From Naegleria gruberi (Eukaryota): a DNA stretch of 64,000 nucleotides. The DNA lies in the NCBI GenBank assembly GCA_000004985.1, contig GG738927.1. One strand, given 5' to 3'. Positions within the stretch are counted from its first letter, which is position 1; each line of letters begins with the position of its first letter. Positions 32,670-44,280 of the stretch are shown here, piece by piece. A program made the translations under genes and the position numbers. The notes below the pieces were generated by a model. That model was not told where the DNA came from, made no database searches, and saw nothing but the letters and a program-made list of their open reading frames with translations.

Positions 32670-33596
32670 TTGGTGCTGTTAAACAGATGGAAAACCAAAA
32701 TTGTTACCATCATGCTGAATCAGGATAACATTAAGGAATCTCAAGTGTCTTGGAAAAAGGGAAAAGGACTAGTTTTTGAAAAAAATGAAGAACAAAGGTT
32801 GATTCCATGCATTTCTGATGGAAACTGTCTGGATTTTGTTGGAAGCACTGATTCTACAGTGTTCAAAGCTAGTTTTTCCAATACAGATAGTCCAGAATTT
32901 ACTGATGTTTCTCTGAAGTGTGATAAGAAATGTTTGGTTTTAGTCAACCAAACAGATCAAGCAATTTACTTGATTTACAATCAAATTCACAAAATGGTGA
33001 AGATGGAAGATGAATACTCAAGTGAATTGGTTCAATTTACTAATTTCTCACAATTTTCAAAGCTCATTACTCAGTCTGAGTCAAGAGCACTCTGTCGATT
33101 GACCAAAACCAAATACTTGGTGTTGATTTTTGAAGACAACTCCAACGCAATCACTTTCCAAGATCTAATCACACAAAATACACGTTGGTTTCTCTTTGAC
33201 TTGCAAAGCCACTCAATTGAGGTTGTGAGCCCAATTGTCCATCCATTAATTCAGCAGGGAAAGCATGAATTCTCAATCATTCAAAAAAAATCAAGAAAAA
33301 GAAAAGATTTTCGTTTTCTAGATGGTGATGTCAATGGTGGATACAGTGAAGCTTTGGAATTTCCTCAATCTTTCTCAAAACCAAAGTTGTTCGCTTTTCG
33401 TCCATTTAAGGCAAATCCTGACCTCTTCCAAGTTCATTTGAATTTGAGAGAGGAATTTGAAGCAATGAGTTTTTCTCTTAATTCATTGGGGTTTTCGTTC
33501 AGATTCTTGTTCAAAGTGAAGAGTGAAGCTCCAACTCCTTTTTCTCAAAAACAAACATCCTCCTTTTCCGATGTTTCTCTTCAATGTTTTTATTAA
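32670..33596 (+). CDS. Hypothetical protein (about 300 aa); it may be joined to the upstream ORF at 32190-32513 as one gene
   Basis: The ORF-track start at 32670 is non-ATG and the first ATG is about 32710. The upstream ORF at 32190-32513 (ATG, MPQHQIQHKHLQ...) ends near a GTATAG-like donor. No recognised domain. Confidence 0.35.
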   Translation: MVLLNRWKTKIVTIMLNQDNIKESQVSWKKGKGLVFEKNEEQRLIPCISDGNCLDFVGSTDSTVFKASFSNTDSPEFTDVSLKCDKKCLVLVNQTDQAIYLIYNQIHKMVKMEDEYSSELVQFTNFSQFSKLITQSESRALCRLTKTKYLVLIFEDNSNAITFQDLITQNTRWFLFDLQSHSIEVVSPIVHPLIQQGKHEFSIIQKKSRKRKDFRFLDGDVNGGYSEALEFPQSFSKPKLFAFRPFKANPDLFQVHLNLREEFEAMSFSLNSLGFSFRFLFKVKSEAPTPFSQKQTSSFSDVSLQCFY

Positions 33597-34072
33597 TTCA
33601 TCCAACATACTCATAAAATGTAATGAATAACGAATACATTGTAAAGAGTGCATGCATTCATTTTTCTCATCAAAATTATGGATGTTGAATTTATGAAATT
33701 GATGGCTCTGTATTTCGTAAGAATGAATTAAGCGAAGAAGCACATCTAAATAAACAATGAAAAGGCATTTCTTCCAAGAAAGCAATCAATATTTAACAGC
33801 AGATGCTTTAGCTTGCACTTTATCTTTCAATCCTGAAAAAACTGTTGGTGGTAAATCTGGAGCATCAACAGCAATTGCTTTGGGTATTTATTATTACTAT
33901 CATGTAGCAATAGAAGAAATTCCATTATGAGAAGACAAAAAATTTTTAGTTCAATAATAATCATCTTTATTGTAAACATTCAATTCAAAAACAGTAAATA
34001 AAGTAATTGCATATCATCAATGAAACTATTCCTCAAAATATAACTTGATTAAAACCCTTTCTAGAGATCTTT

Positions 34073-34870
34073 TTAGATTCTAAAAAATTGTCTCTTTCCC
34101 ATCAGATAATAGGCCACAATTCTCGTACCTATCAGTGCAACCGAACCAAATGATGCAATCAAAAAGCCATAAAGTATGGAACCAATATAAAAAATCATGT
34201 GATACTTGTAGAACTCAGGTTCAACCGTACTGCATTCTTTTTGGTTGACTAAAGCAAACGAACATATACGAAGGACAATTGCAATCAGTATACAGCAATA
34301 ATTGAGGATATTAAAGATGGTAAAACCCTTCGTCGTTTGCTTTTTAACATGATATTCAAATGTCTCTGCATCCCATTCCTTGTCAACCTTCATGCACTTT
34401 TGTTTAATTGTTTCCTCTACAAAATGCATAATCTGATAAAGGGAAAATAACAGAAACTGAATGAGAAAAAGTATGGTGATTGTTTTGCACTGACACGATT
34501 CAGTATCATCCAAATGAAAGAAGAAAGCAATGATCAGCACTATAGTTTGTCAAAATTATTTGAAACTATATCCGAAACAAAAACACATACCTTCAACTAT
34601 TTTATAAAGCAAGGAAACCAAGTAAGCTAAAACGAGTCCTACTTTTGACAAACTATTGTGTTTTTATCTTCAACAAGTTATCGGAAAGTGAGAAACTTAC
34701 ATTTTGGCAAGCAGAGTGGCGAGTTTACTTCTCTTCTCACTTTCGTTTTCTTGTTGAACAACTAAATTATTCTCAAGATTGTTGACAACCTTTTTTTCCA
34801 CATTTTCTCTTTTTTCGAAATTCTCATCATCAATTCCCAAATTCTCCTTGCTATTGTTGTGTGAAATCAT
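34073..34870 (-). CDS. Small Cys-rich multi-pass membrane protein, paralogue A; at least 2 exons (34870-34701 and 34539-34073, possibly with a micro-exon between)
   Basis: Exon 1 (MISHNNSKENLGIDDENFEKRENVEKK...LATLLAK) ends at AT|GTAAGT. The last exon encodes ...LDDTESCQCK...VEPEFYKYHMIFYIGSILYGFLIASFGS...YYLMGKRQFFRI with 3-4 TM segments. Paralogue B shares the DTESC, (V/E)PEFY and MxGK(R/N)(Q/E)F(F/S)R motifs. Confidence 0.5.
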
Positions 34871-34899
34871 ATTTTTTTTAAAACGAATTTTTTTAAAAA
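34871..34899. promoter_or_regulatory. 29-nt gap between the divergent start codons of membrane protein A (34870, minus) and kinase 1 (34900, plus): ATTTTTTTTAAAACGAATTTTTTTAAAAA
   Basis: Both ATGs were verified in the sequence. The spacer is an A/T palindrome-like element, so any promoter or TSS for either gene must lie inside the other gene's 5' region. Confidence 0.3.
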
Positions 34900-35920
34900 A
34901 TGTCAATTGACTTGTCGTCATCCTCAAAGAAGAAGCATCACGATGACATTTTAAACAAGTTTGGTCTCGATGTGAACATTACACTTGTTGGATCTGGTGG
35001 TTTTGGTTGTGTGTACAAGGTTGATGTGTCAGAAAATTGCTATGCCATAAAGGCAGTTGATTTTGTGGAGGATAATCAAATTTCGGAGAAACCAACAAGA
35101 AGTGAAGTGGTTATAGAAGCCATGAGAGATTTTAAACATGAGAGATTGTTGAATATTATGGAGAGGTTTGAAGTGGACTATACTTTGTACATGGTTTCGA
35201 ATTTTTGCAAATACGAAACATTGGAACAAATTGGAGGATATTTGAAACTAGATGAATACCATTGTTTGTTGATACTGAATCAATTACTGGAAGGTTTAGA
35301 ATATTTGCATTCCCAAAAACTCATACATAGGTTTGTTTTATAACTTAACCAAATATTGTAATATACGAAACAACCTAAACAGAGATATTAAACCTAGTAA
35401 TGTCCTAGTGGAATCAATAGATCCTACACGAGTTATTCTCGCAGATTTTGGGTTATTATTGCATGAGCATGGAAATAGAGCTGATCAAATGTGTGGTACC
35501 TTATACTATCTGCCTCCTGAAATTTCCCCAACAGGAGGAAAACGATTCACCTTCGCAGCTGATATTTATTCACTCGGATTGACCATAATTTCAATGATGG
35601 GAGTTCATATTCAGTTTCCAAGAACCTCACTTACTGTCAAAGGTCAAGTAATTCAGGGACTAAGGGAGAAATTAAGTAAGGCAACTATAGATATCCTATT
35701 GGATATGATTCATCCGTCACCTTCTCTCAGAGCTAACTTTTGCACAAACTTAAAAAAGAGAGTCAATCAAGTGATGAAAACTCTTGAAAACACTGAAAAT
35801 CTCTATCAGAATCGGCAAATGTATGAAGATATTGAGGAAACTGCCTTTTACAAAATTGGTTATTTCCTAAACGAAGTTGTGGATATTATAACCAATACCA
35901 AAACAGCAAATATTATTTAA
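34900..35920 (+). CDS. Protein kinase (Ser/Thr-type catalytic loop), paralogue 1; 2 exons (34900-35330, 35383-35920), about 322 aa
   Basis: GSGGFGCVYK (Gly loop), AIKAV (VAIK-type Lys), then ...LIHR|DIKPSNVLV, split by a 52-nt intron (GTTTGT...AACAG) in phase 2. DFG (ADFGLL) and a PPE-type APE motif (YLPPEI) follow. Confidence 0.85.
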
Positions 35921-35938
35921 TCAATTATTACAAAAGAT

Positions 35939-36759
35939 TTATTTATATCTAGAGAATTCATTCTTTCCCACCATGAAATTGGCAACAACTCTCAACAGCA
36001 TGTAAACACAAACTGTACACAAATTGAATACTATGACATATACTAAAAAGGAGCAAGTATACGACAAGACATTCGAATAAAATTCTGGAACTTGACTAGT
36101 GTTTTGGCATTGAGAAACGAGTGCAATATTACATATTGTTAGAATAACGACTGGAACTATGTGTACAACATTACATGATCTGATACAACCGTACATTGAA
36201 TCATCACACACTTCACATTTGAAACATGATTTCATACAGACCAAGCAAGTGTTTAACAATAATGAAAATATGGAACATGACAAGATGATAGAAGAGATGG
36301 AATGTGATTTACATGATTCGGTATCACTCAACTGATTGTATCTATTATAGAGAACGCCTAAACTGTCAAGTTATTCAAATATTGCAGAATAAACTTACAT
36401 CCCCAAATGTTAAATGCCAAAATTGTGAAATAATCAAAGAGAAGGTATAATCTAAATATTCTATTGTGTAAATTGCCAAGTTAATAAAGAAAATCCAAAA
36501 CTTTGAAAACTCACATGGATCCTGCTTTTTTTCCAGTCGTGGTCTGAGATGAGATTTGTTCTTCAACAGTTTTTGGTTTAGCATTTGGAATCACAAGAAG
36601 CGAATTATCATTCCAAAGATCCGATACTTGTTCAGAATGTTCATTAGGGTGGAGAGCAACTAATGACATGTCATCAACATCATTGTGTGAATCCATTTTT
36701 TTGAGATGACTGTCAACTAAACTGTTGAAGAAATGCTTGTGGAAATAGACGTGGGACAT
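35939..36759 (-). CDS. Small Cys-rich multi-pass membrane protein, paralogue B; at least 2 exons (36759-36515 and 36331-35939)
   Basis: ATG at 36759. Exon 1 ends at AT|GTGAGT, the same AT|GT donor arrangement as paralogue A. The last exon encodes (L)SDTESCKSH...QVPEFYSNVLSYTCSFLVYVIVFNL...FMVGKNEFSRYK. Confidence 0.5.
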
Positions 36760-36796
36760 CTTTCACACACACTTTGTGTGAAACACTTATTAAAAA
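36760..36796. promoter_or_regulatory. 37-nt gap between divergent start codons of membrane protein B (36759, minus) and kinase 2 (36797, plus), containing the inverted repeat TTTCACACA-N5-TGTGTGAAA
   Basis: The 9-nt arms at 36761-36769 and 36775-36783 are exact reverse complements. The arrangement mirrors the A/kinase-1 pair. Confidence 0.3.
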
Positions 36797-37922
36797 ATGG
36801 CTGACAACGATACAACATGTGATCAAATGATGATGGATTATTCATTTGGAGGTGGTCATATCAATTCAAATTTGCGAGGAAATTTACCCAACGATCAAAG
36901 AATTAGAATGAAACACATGAATGCCATCAATAACCATTATTACCTTTACAGTAATAATTCTAATACGAATTCTAATACTAATTCTAATAATGTAATAGAA
37001 CCTATAGGAGCAGGAGGATTCGGCACTGTCTACAAAACACAAATTCCCTTCGATAATACCATACACAATGTTGCCATTAAAGCAATTGAATTTGCAGAGG
37101 ATAATCCAAAGAGTGAAAGTGAAAAGCAAAAGCCAAGCAGAAGACAAGTAATGAAAGAGGCCAACAGAGTATTTGTGCATCCTCGACTTTTATATGTGAT
37201 GGATAGTTTTGAGGAGGATAAAACTCTCTATATTGTCTCGCCATTCTATGCAGGTGGAAGTTTGGAAAAGAATCAAGTAATAGAGGAGAGGTCATGTTTG
37301 ATAATTCTTGAACAGGTGTTGGAAGCTCTCGAGGTGTTACATGCCAATGATTACATTCATAGGTAGGTTTTGGTTTGGCAATCATGGAAACTAAACTAAT
37401 CTCAGAGATATTAAGCCTCACAATATTTTTGTCAGAAATTCGAATCCAATTGATGTTGTTCTTGGTGATTATGGACTGCTGAGATCTGTACACACCTTAA
37501 AAACAACAGGATTTTGTGGAACAAAATACTTTACAGCACCTGAAATTAAGGGAACAGATGTTTCAAGTTACACAAACAAATCAGATATTTACTCAACTGG
37601 TATGACAGCATTGAGATTATTGGGAGTTATTATTTCCGATCCAAGAACGACGACTACATTTAAAAGCCAAGTCGTCAATGGATTAGCATCTAGGAATGTT
37701 AGTAGGGAAACAACAGAGTTGATATTGCAAATGGTTCATCCAAACAGAAGAAAGAGGCCAAATGCCACACAAGCAAGACAACAAGTTCAACAAATTTATT
37801 TCATCTTGTTGCAACAATCGAATGATTTCTCTCCAGTTTCGCCAATTCAAACAACTAATAGTGGTAATTATGGAGGTTTTTTGCATGCTGTGTTGGACTC
37901 CTTTTCAGAACTTTTCTTTTAA
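36797..37922 (+). CDS. Protein kinase, paralogue 2; 2 exons (36797-37362, 37406-37922), about 360 aa
   Basis: GAGGFGTVYK, AIKAI, ...YIHR|DIKPHNIFV with a 43-nt intron (GTAGGT...TCAG) at exactly the same position and phase as in kinase 1. DYGLL (DFG variant), TAPEI. The N-terminus has an N/S-rich repeat (NSNTNSNTNSNN). Confidence 0.85.
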
Positions 37923-38018
37923 TACTTTTGTAAAAAATTGAAGAGAATCTTTTAGTTTAGTTTTTTTACACACAAGTCAACCAGAGAAAAGTAAATTTTG
38001 AGATTGATTTAAAAAAAA

Positions 38019-39497
38019 ATGCAAACAAGGGTCGTACTGTCGGACTTTCAAACTCTTGATGATTCATCACTGTTTCAATTATTTGAAAAGATGAAACATA
38101 AACTTTCAACAGCTAGAAAATCAAAAAGAAAATTCTTGGAAAATCGAATGAATATTGCTTTCGGATACATTCCCATAGAATTTTACAAAGATAGGGAATA
38201 CGTTTTGGCATCCATCAAGAAGAATGGCTCTCATTGTCTCTATGATATTCATCCAGAAGCCTTCTCCGATCGTGAAATTCTATTCGAAATGTTAAAATCC
38301 CTTAAAAATGATAATTTTGCATCTGTTCCAATTGACAATGAAATATTGAAACCATTTGCTAATGATCGTGAAATTGTCAAATTATTAATTCACCTAGATT
38401 CTTCTTTCTTTGACAATCAAAAATTCAAATTCGATAGAGAAATGGCTCTATTGGCATGCATTTCATGTTCAGATAACTGTTTCGGGATTAGTACGGAGTT
38501 TATGGAGGATGAGGAGTTTGTTTTGAGTGCTATTGAGGAGAATTATTCAGTATTCAATACAACAAGTGATAAATTGAAAAATGATAAAGCATTTATTAGA
38601 AAGGCATTGAAGAGAAATGGAAAGGTAATTTACGAGTTGAGTGATGAGCTGATGGGTGATGAGGAGCTCATTAAGATTGCTATTGAACAAAACCCAATGG
38701 TATTCGAAGCGATATATGAAAATGAGAGTATTAATTGTGGAGCAGATGTTATCAAGATGGCTGTCGAGAAGAATGGACAGTTATTGCAATTTGTGACGGA
38801 AGATTTGGAGAATTTTGATAGAATTGCAGTGAAACAGAATCCATTGGCATTGGATTATGCAAGTGATCAATTGAAAAATGATAGAGATAGTGTTCTGGAA
38901 GCTGTCAAAAAGGATGGATCTTGTTTTGTTTATGCATCTGAAGAATTGAGAAGTAATTCTTCATTCGTGCAAGAGGTAATTGATAATTGTGCAATTCCAA
39001 AGGAAAGCAATGAAATGCATCACGTTCTACTCCTCATTTTGAAAGAAAAAGGATATTGCCCTACCTCTGTCTATGAAGCATTGAGAAATATTGATAAGGA
39101 ACTTGCTTTGAGAATAGTTAGCATTCATGGAGAGATGATTTGTATAATGGTCGATTGGCAGAATGATAGGGATGTGTTACTGACAGCATTTGAAACATGC
39201 ACTTCATCTACAGGAAGAAAACGTATCTGCTCAAATATTTATATTACTGATAAGGAGTTAATTTATGAGATTTTTGTAAAATATTCCACTGATATTATAG
39301 GTCAAATTTATGAATTGGATGTTGAATTGTTGAGAAGATTGCTTCAAATTGATGGTTCTGCATTTCGTTTAATGGATGGAAAGTTTAAGGATGAACCTAT
39401 ACTGATTGAAGAAGCTTGGAAACAAAGTGGATATGTTGATGGGCCATCTGATGAATTATATACGAAACGTATGGAATATGCCTATCCAGAATTGTAA
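38019..39497 (+). CDS. DUF4116-repeat protein (492 aa), single exon
   Basis: Repeated ~35-aa units of the form D(R/K)E(F/I)VL.A(I/V)(K/E).NG..L.Y(A/I)S.EL.ND(R/K) (for example DREYVLASIKKNGSHCLYDIH, DRDSVLEAVKKDGSCFVYASEELRSN, DKAFIRKALKRNGKVIYELSDELMGD) match the DUF4116 repeat family. Confidence 0.7.
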   Translation: MQTRVVLSDFQTLDDSSLFQLFEKMKHKLSTARKSKRKFLENRMNIAFGYIPIEFYKDREYVLASIKKNGSHCLYDIHPEAFSDREILFEMLKSLKNDNFASVPIDNEILKPFANDREIVKLLIHLDSSFFDNQKFKFDREMALLACISCSDNCFGISTEFMEDEEFVLSAIEENYSVFNTTSDKLKNDKAFIRKALKRNGKVIYELSDELMGDEELIKIAIEQNPMVFEAIYENESINCGADVIKMAVEKNGQLLQFVTEDLENFDRIAVKQNPLALDYASDQLKNDRDSVLEAVKKDGSCFVYASEELRSNSSFVQEVIDNCAIPKESNEMHHVLLLILKEKGYCPTSVYEALRNIDKELALRIVSIHGEMICIMVDWQNDRDVLLTAFETCTSSTGRKRICSNIYITDKELIYEIFVKYSTDIIGQIYELDVELLRRLLQIDGSAFRLMDGKFKDEPILIEEAWKQSGYVDGPSDELYTKRMEYAYPEL

Positions 39498-39634
39498 AAG
39501 TCATCATCAAATCCTAATTGAATTAAATCTCTACCAGCAAATATAAACAATTTCACTATTAGGTAAAATTAACAGTTCAAATAATGGTTTTTATATTCAT
39601 GTATCAAGTTGGATTTAAAATCCCAAAATCCCAT

Positions 39635-40402
39635 TTAATATTGAACTTTTCTTTGATTAATAAAGTTCATAATTTTTTGAGCTGTTTCCTTTGCCTTATA
39701 ATAATTAAGGTAGCCCTTTGTAAACTTAACATTTCCAGAGCTAGTCACAATTATAATCTTTCCACTTGGAACTCCATTCACTCTCATTGAAAAATCCATC
39801 TCCACCACAACATCATTTATCGAACTATAAGGCACAGAAACTTCACGATCCAGACAGCCAAATTTCACAACTGCTCCATAACTCTTACTCATCAATTCTC
39901 TCTTCCTATCATCAAATATAAAGTCAGTATCTCTTGTAATAAGTGCAATAATCAAGAATGGTATGGCCAGGAATGGAAACCACAAAAAGACAAGGCCAAC
40001 AATAAAGAAAACCCAAGCGAAATTATTCTTTGGAGCTTTCATTACTATTCTTCCGTGCTCATCTACCTGAACATCAGCCGAGTTAAGATTTGATGGTGGT
40101 GATTGTGGAATGTAAACTTGTTGCACTGGAGGCATTTGCTGATTATATTGAGGCTGCAATGGTTGTTGTGGAGGGACAAAACCTATTGGTTCTGGTAGAT
40201 TATTCATCATACCTTGTTGGGGAGGAATTTGAGAAGGAACTTGATAAATATATTGTTGTTGTTGTTGATGTTGTTGTACCTGATCAATAGTTTCATTCAC
40301 CACACCAGTTGGTTGATAATACTCTGCGTGATCGGAAGAGTTTGATGCTTCTTGTTGAACAAGAGGTTCCTTAAGGGAATCTTGAGTTTGTTGCAAATGC
40401 AT
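39635..40402 (-). CDS. Hypothetical single-pass/hairpin membrane protein with a P/Q-rich N-terminal region (about 255 aa from the first ATG)
   Basis: PQQ/QQQQQ-rich N-terminal half, hydrophobic FAWVFFIVGLVFLWFPFLAIPFLIIALI, and a C-terminal globular part. The ORF-track start at 40471 is GTG. Confidence 0.45.
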   Translation of the reverse strand: MHLQQTQDSLKEPLVQQEASNSSDHAEYYQPTGVVNETIDQVQQHQQQQQYIYQVPSQIPPQQGMMNNLPEPIGFVPPQQPLQPQYNQQMPPVQQVYIPQSPPSNLNSADVQVDEHGRIVMKAPKNNFAWVFFIVGLVFLWFPFLAIPFLIIALITRDTDFIFDDRKRELMSKSYGAVVKFGCLDREVSVPYSSINDVVVEMDFSMRVNGVPSGKIIIVTSSGNVKFTKGYLNYYKAKETAQKIMNFINQRKVQY

Positions 40403-40825
40403 TTCGCTGGAACTGTAAGGAGGTATTTGAGGTATTTTGTTTGCTGTTGTTTTTTCAATAATAACATTCACAACAGCAATATATTACGAGAGATATTAAG
40501 GGCGGCTTGATGTTATGGTTCAACAACATAGAAGTAATGTAATAAGGGCATTCAATGGTGTGGATAATGGCAATGATGGTCCATCAGCATTTTATTAAAT
40601 ATACTTCAACATGCATTAGTATAAGTCAATTGAACTCTTACTCCACCCATTATTATGAGATCTCAGAAAGTACATTTGGCTCACAATTTATCTTTTGGTA
40701 TAATCAGAGTTGTTTCTTTTGTACCGAATTACGGCTCCAATTTTTAAATTACTGTTCAGGGTGCTCCTTAATGTTAAGAACTATCCAATTTTTCGATTTA
40801 CATCTTGTATCCATTCAATACCTTG

Positions 40826-43764
40826 CTACTGGATACTACAACTCTTGTGTGACTTCTTCCCTGGCTTACTTGGCGATTTTCTACTGAGCAGTTGCTTAAT
40901 GTGAGGAATAGAGTCCCATTCATTCAATTTTCCTTCATACATTTTAGAAAGTGGTTTCAAATTCATTTCTGCAAACTGAGTGAGTAAATTGAATATTTCA
41001 TGAACTGGTGGTATCATTTCTGGTTCGTAGATTGGAGAGGAGGAAGGTATTCTTTGTTGTTGGAAAAGAGTTTCGTCACCAAACATTAACATCCACTTGC
41101 AAATATCTAAAAAGTTTTCAACAGAGAGTAAGGTGGCGAGCTTTCTGATTAGATATATTTGAATAACACTGTCCATTTGGAATAAACTGGCATGATAAAT
41201 CATTCCAATTAGAATGGTTATTTCACTATTCAAAAGGACGAAAGAATCATCCACCGAGTCTTGTTGTTTGGATATTCCATAGCATGCGTGCATGAGATGG
41301 AGTAGTGCCTTTTCCTTAATCTTGGCCTCTGATGCTTCGATTGCATTTCTAGAATCGAGGTCAAAATCATATAAATCCAAGCAATTATCATCTTTGGAGA
41401 ATTGGAACTGTTCATCAAATATCTTTTCAAAAAGAGGGCTATAAGATGAGAGGATTGTCTTGTGCAAGTACAATACGTGCTTCTTTTCTGAATCGATAAT
41501 TACCTTGACATCTGAAGTAGCTTGATCGTTGAACATGTTGTGGAAAATATGTCTATGGTTCGATTGTTCATGAATTGGATGATTAATGTAGTGAGCGAAG
41601 GGTTTTTTCAAGCGAACTACACGAGAGACCTTTTCCAATGGTGTATCTTGAATATTTGCATTGAAATCTTGGAAATTATCCAAGAGCATTCTTATCTCAT
41701 CGGCTACTTGATCTGTAAGTTCCACATTACCATCTATTTCTTCAACCAAATAGTACATTACAAATCTTCTAAAATTCTCTATAATTAAATCAGTTTCGAT
41801 ATGATTCATGACATAGAGAGCATGAACCTTCTCGATAGGGGTCATGCTTACTAAGTGGTCCACTATCTTCTCCTTCTTGTGCACAAAATGACCTTGAACA
41901 CAATCCACTAAATATTGAGCAAAATTTAGTGCGATAGTAGTCATGGAATTGAGATACTCTTCATTAATCACCACATTCTCATAAAATTTTGGTGTTACCT
42001 TTCTCAATAGTGGACCATATCCATAAATCTTGTCATGGATTCTATCTCTATTGTAATGTCTAATAGGGAAGTGAAGTATTGGCAGAGAATCAATTATGGC
42101 CTTTCTGTGTGCAAAGTAAAAATGTGATGAGAATGCAGATGTCTCAACTCTGTTGATGGTATCAGTGTTAATTGAGGAAACCTTCCTGAAAACAGATGAA
42201 TATTGTGTTATATCCCCTGTACCAAGTCTATTTAACTTGTGAAGAGCAGCTCTATTTAAAAACTTACCTTCCATCAGTATTAATACCACAACTGTAAGCA
42301 TTCTGATCAGTTAGGAAAACAGACAACGAAGCTCCACATGAAACATGTTTTGGAATGAGATTAGTTTTCAGCATTGCAAATTGTGGCTTTTTCACTCTAT
42401 CTGAAAGACCCAACTCACCATTGATATTTCCACCACTGCAAATCATGTATCCACCAGTATTAGTAATAGCCATCGAATGAACAAATCCACATGAAATTTT
42501 TGTAATCTTAAATCCTGGTCTTACCATGTTAATTTTGACAAACTTTTTTACACTCTTCACATTACCCAGTCCAATTTGTCCCGATTCATTAGATCCAGAT
42601 ACGTAAATCTGACCATCCTGACTCAGTAGAACTGAATGGTCCTTACCAAAACTAATATCTTGAGCCAAAAACCCAGCTTGAACCAATGTGAAATAGGCAA
42701 CGTTGGGCTTGGATGACTTTCTACCAATGCCCAACTCTCCACAATTATTCTTTCCAGCAACATATAGAGCTCCATTATTTGTAATGAATGCAGAATGATG
42801 CTCTCCACAACATAGTCTCTTGATGGGTATATTCAACTCGTACGATTCAATAATTTCTTCCTTTCCATCTTCTAATGAGTGTTCCACGACATTATCTTCA
42901 TTACTGCTTCCACTCCCACTGGATGAACATTCTTCCTCTTCATTGTTTGAGGTATTTACAGTATATTTTGGTATATTTACTTTTTCGAAATCCTCCCGTT
43001 TCACTAAATCTCCCTAAAATGATGAGTCAATAAATCAATTTCACTAACTTACCAATCCAAGTTGACCATTGGTATTTAAACCTAAATTTAATCAATTAAT
43101 ATAACAAGTCCAATTGGATGTTTCCAATAATAATTATCAGTTTCCATATTTAGATATTTTATGACTTACCACTGCTGTACAACTCTCCTTCATTCGTTAA
43201 CAACATCAAATGAAACCATCCACTCGATATTGCCTTCACCTTCTTATCAAAATGTAATTTATGCATTTGTGACAATCCAGATTGATTTGTTTTCATTGCT
43301 CCCTTGAACGAATTATATCCACTCACATAAACTTCTCCAAATTCTGTTAATATTGCCAAATGATATGCACCTGCTTCCACTTGTTTAATCATAATCGGAG
43401 CAAAAGAAGGATTTTCAATTGTATGATGAGATGAATTCTTGCTAATTGGTGTTACAGTTGGAACTGGCTTTTCCGAATAATCATCCAATTGACCCAATAT
43501 TCCATACTTGTTTTTGCCACAAGAATAGATAAGATTGAGAGGTGCATTAGGAGAGGCAATATGTAATAGAGGAAGTGAAACACTATTTCTATTATTGTTT
43601 GATGATGATTTTGAAGTATTCGGAGAAGAATTATTATTCAATGTTTCCTCTTCATCATGTTGATGATTAGCAAGCGACGATGATGCTGATGAAGAAGGAC
43701 TCTCAGGTGAAGTTGCCTCCACCATTGAATCATCTTCCGTAGTTGAAAGTCTACTCTCTTCCAT
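40826..43764 (-). CDS. RCC1-repeat + BTB/POZ protein (RCBTB-like), 4 exons including a 29-nt micro-exon (43764-43170, 43081-43053, 43013-42268, 42227-40826), about 923 aa
   Basis: ATG at 43764. Exon 1 ends ...ELYSSG with a GTAAGT donor in phase 1. The micro-exon GTTTAAATACCAATGGTCAACTTGGATTG restores the frame and yields G-LNTNGQLGL, a canonical RCC1 G.N..GQLG motif, then GTAAGT. Exon 3 (GDLVKREDF...CGINTDG) ends AG|GTAAGT and a 40-nt intron leads to R-LGTGDITQYS..., another RCC1 motif. The downstream half contains a BTB domain (DVKVIIDSEKKHVLYLHKTILSSYSPLFEKIFDEQF...DLYDFD). Confidence 0.75.
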
Positions 43765-44280
43765 TATTGAAAATTGAGTTGGTTACTGGAAGTTCTTTGA
43801 GGTGTTTTTTCTTATATTATTAATATCTATCGGGACAGAGCAACAATTAATCGTACTACTCTGATGATTAATTCTAATGATTGTTGCTGTGTTGGGTTGG
43901 GCTCTCGTAGTTTCCTCTATTGGCCACAGTTTCTAATTTTGATGTTTTCTTCTTATTGTCTTGCAGCTTATTCTTGATTCTTTGTTATTAATAATTCTTC
44001 CTTATTGTACTACCAAGGAAAAACAACAAATCACTGGGCGGGAATTTTGTAGAGTTGTGGCTAGAAAGCTTTGGCGCTTGTTTTTTTCTTTTGAAATTTA
44101 AAAAGTTTGAAAAGAGTAAAATTGATGATGAATTTTTGAGTTGTGCTTGAAGTTTTGAAGGTCTTTCTAAAATGGACAGATGTGGCTTGGTGGCCATGTT
44201 GAGAAAAAGGCAGTTGATACCCTTGAGGTGAAACCAATGAGGATGGTTCAAAAAATTGTTGTAATCTCGAGTTCATTTCG

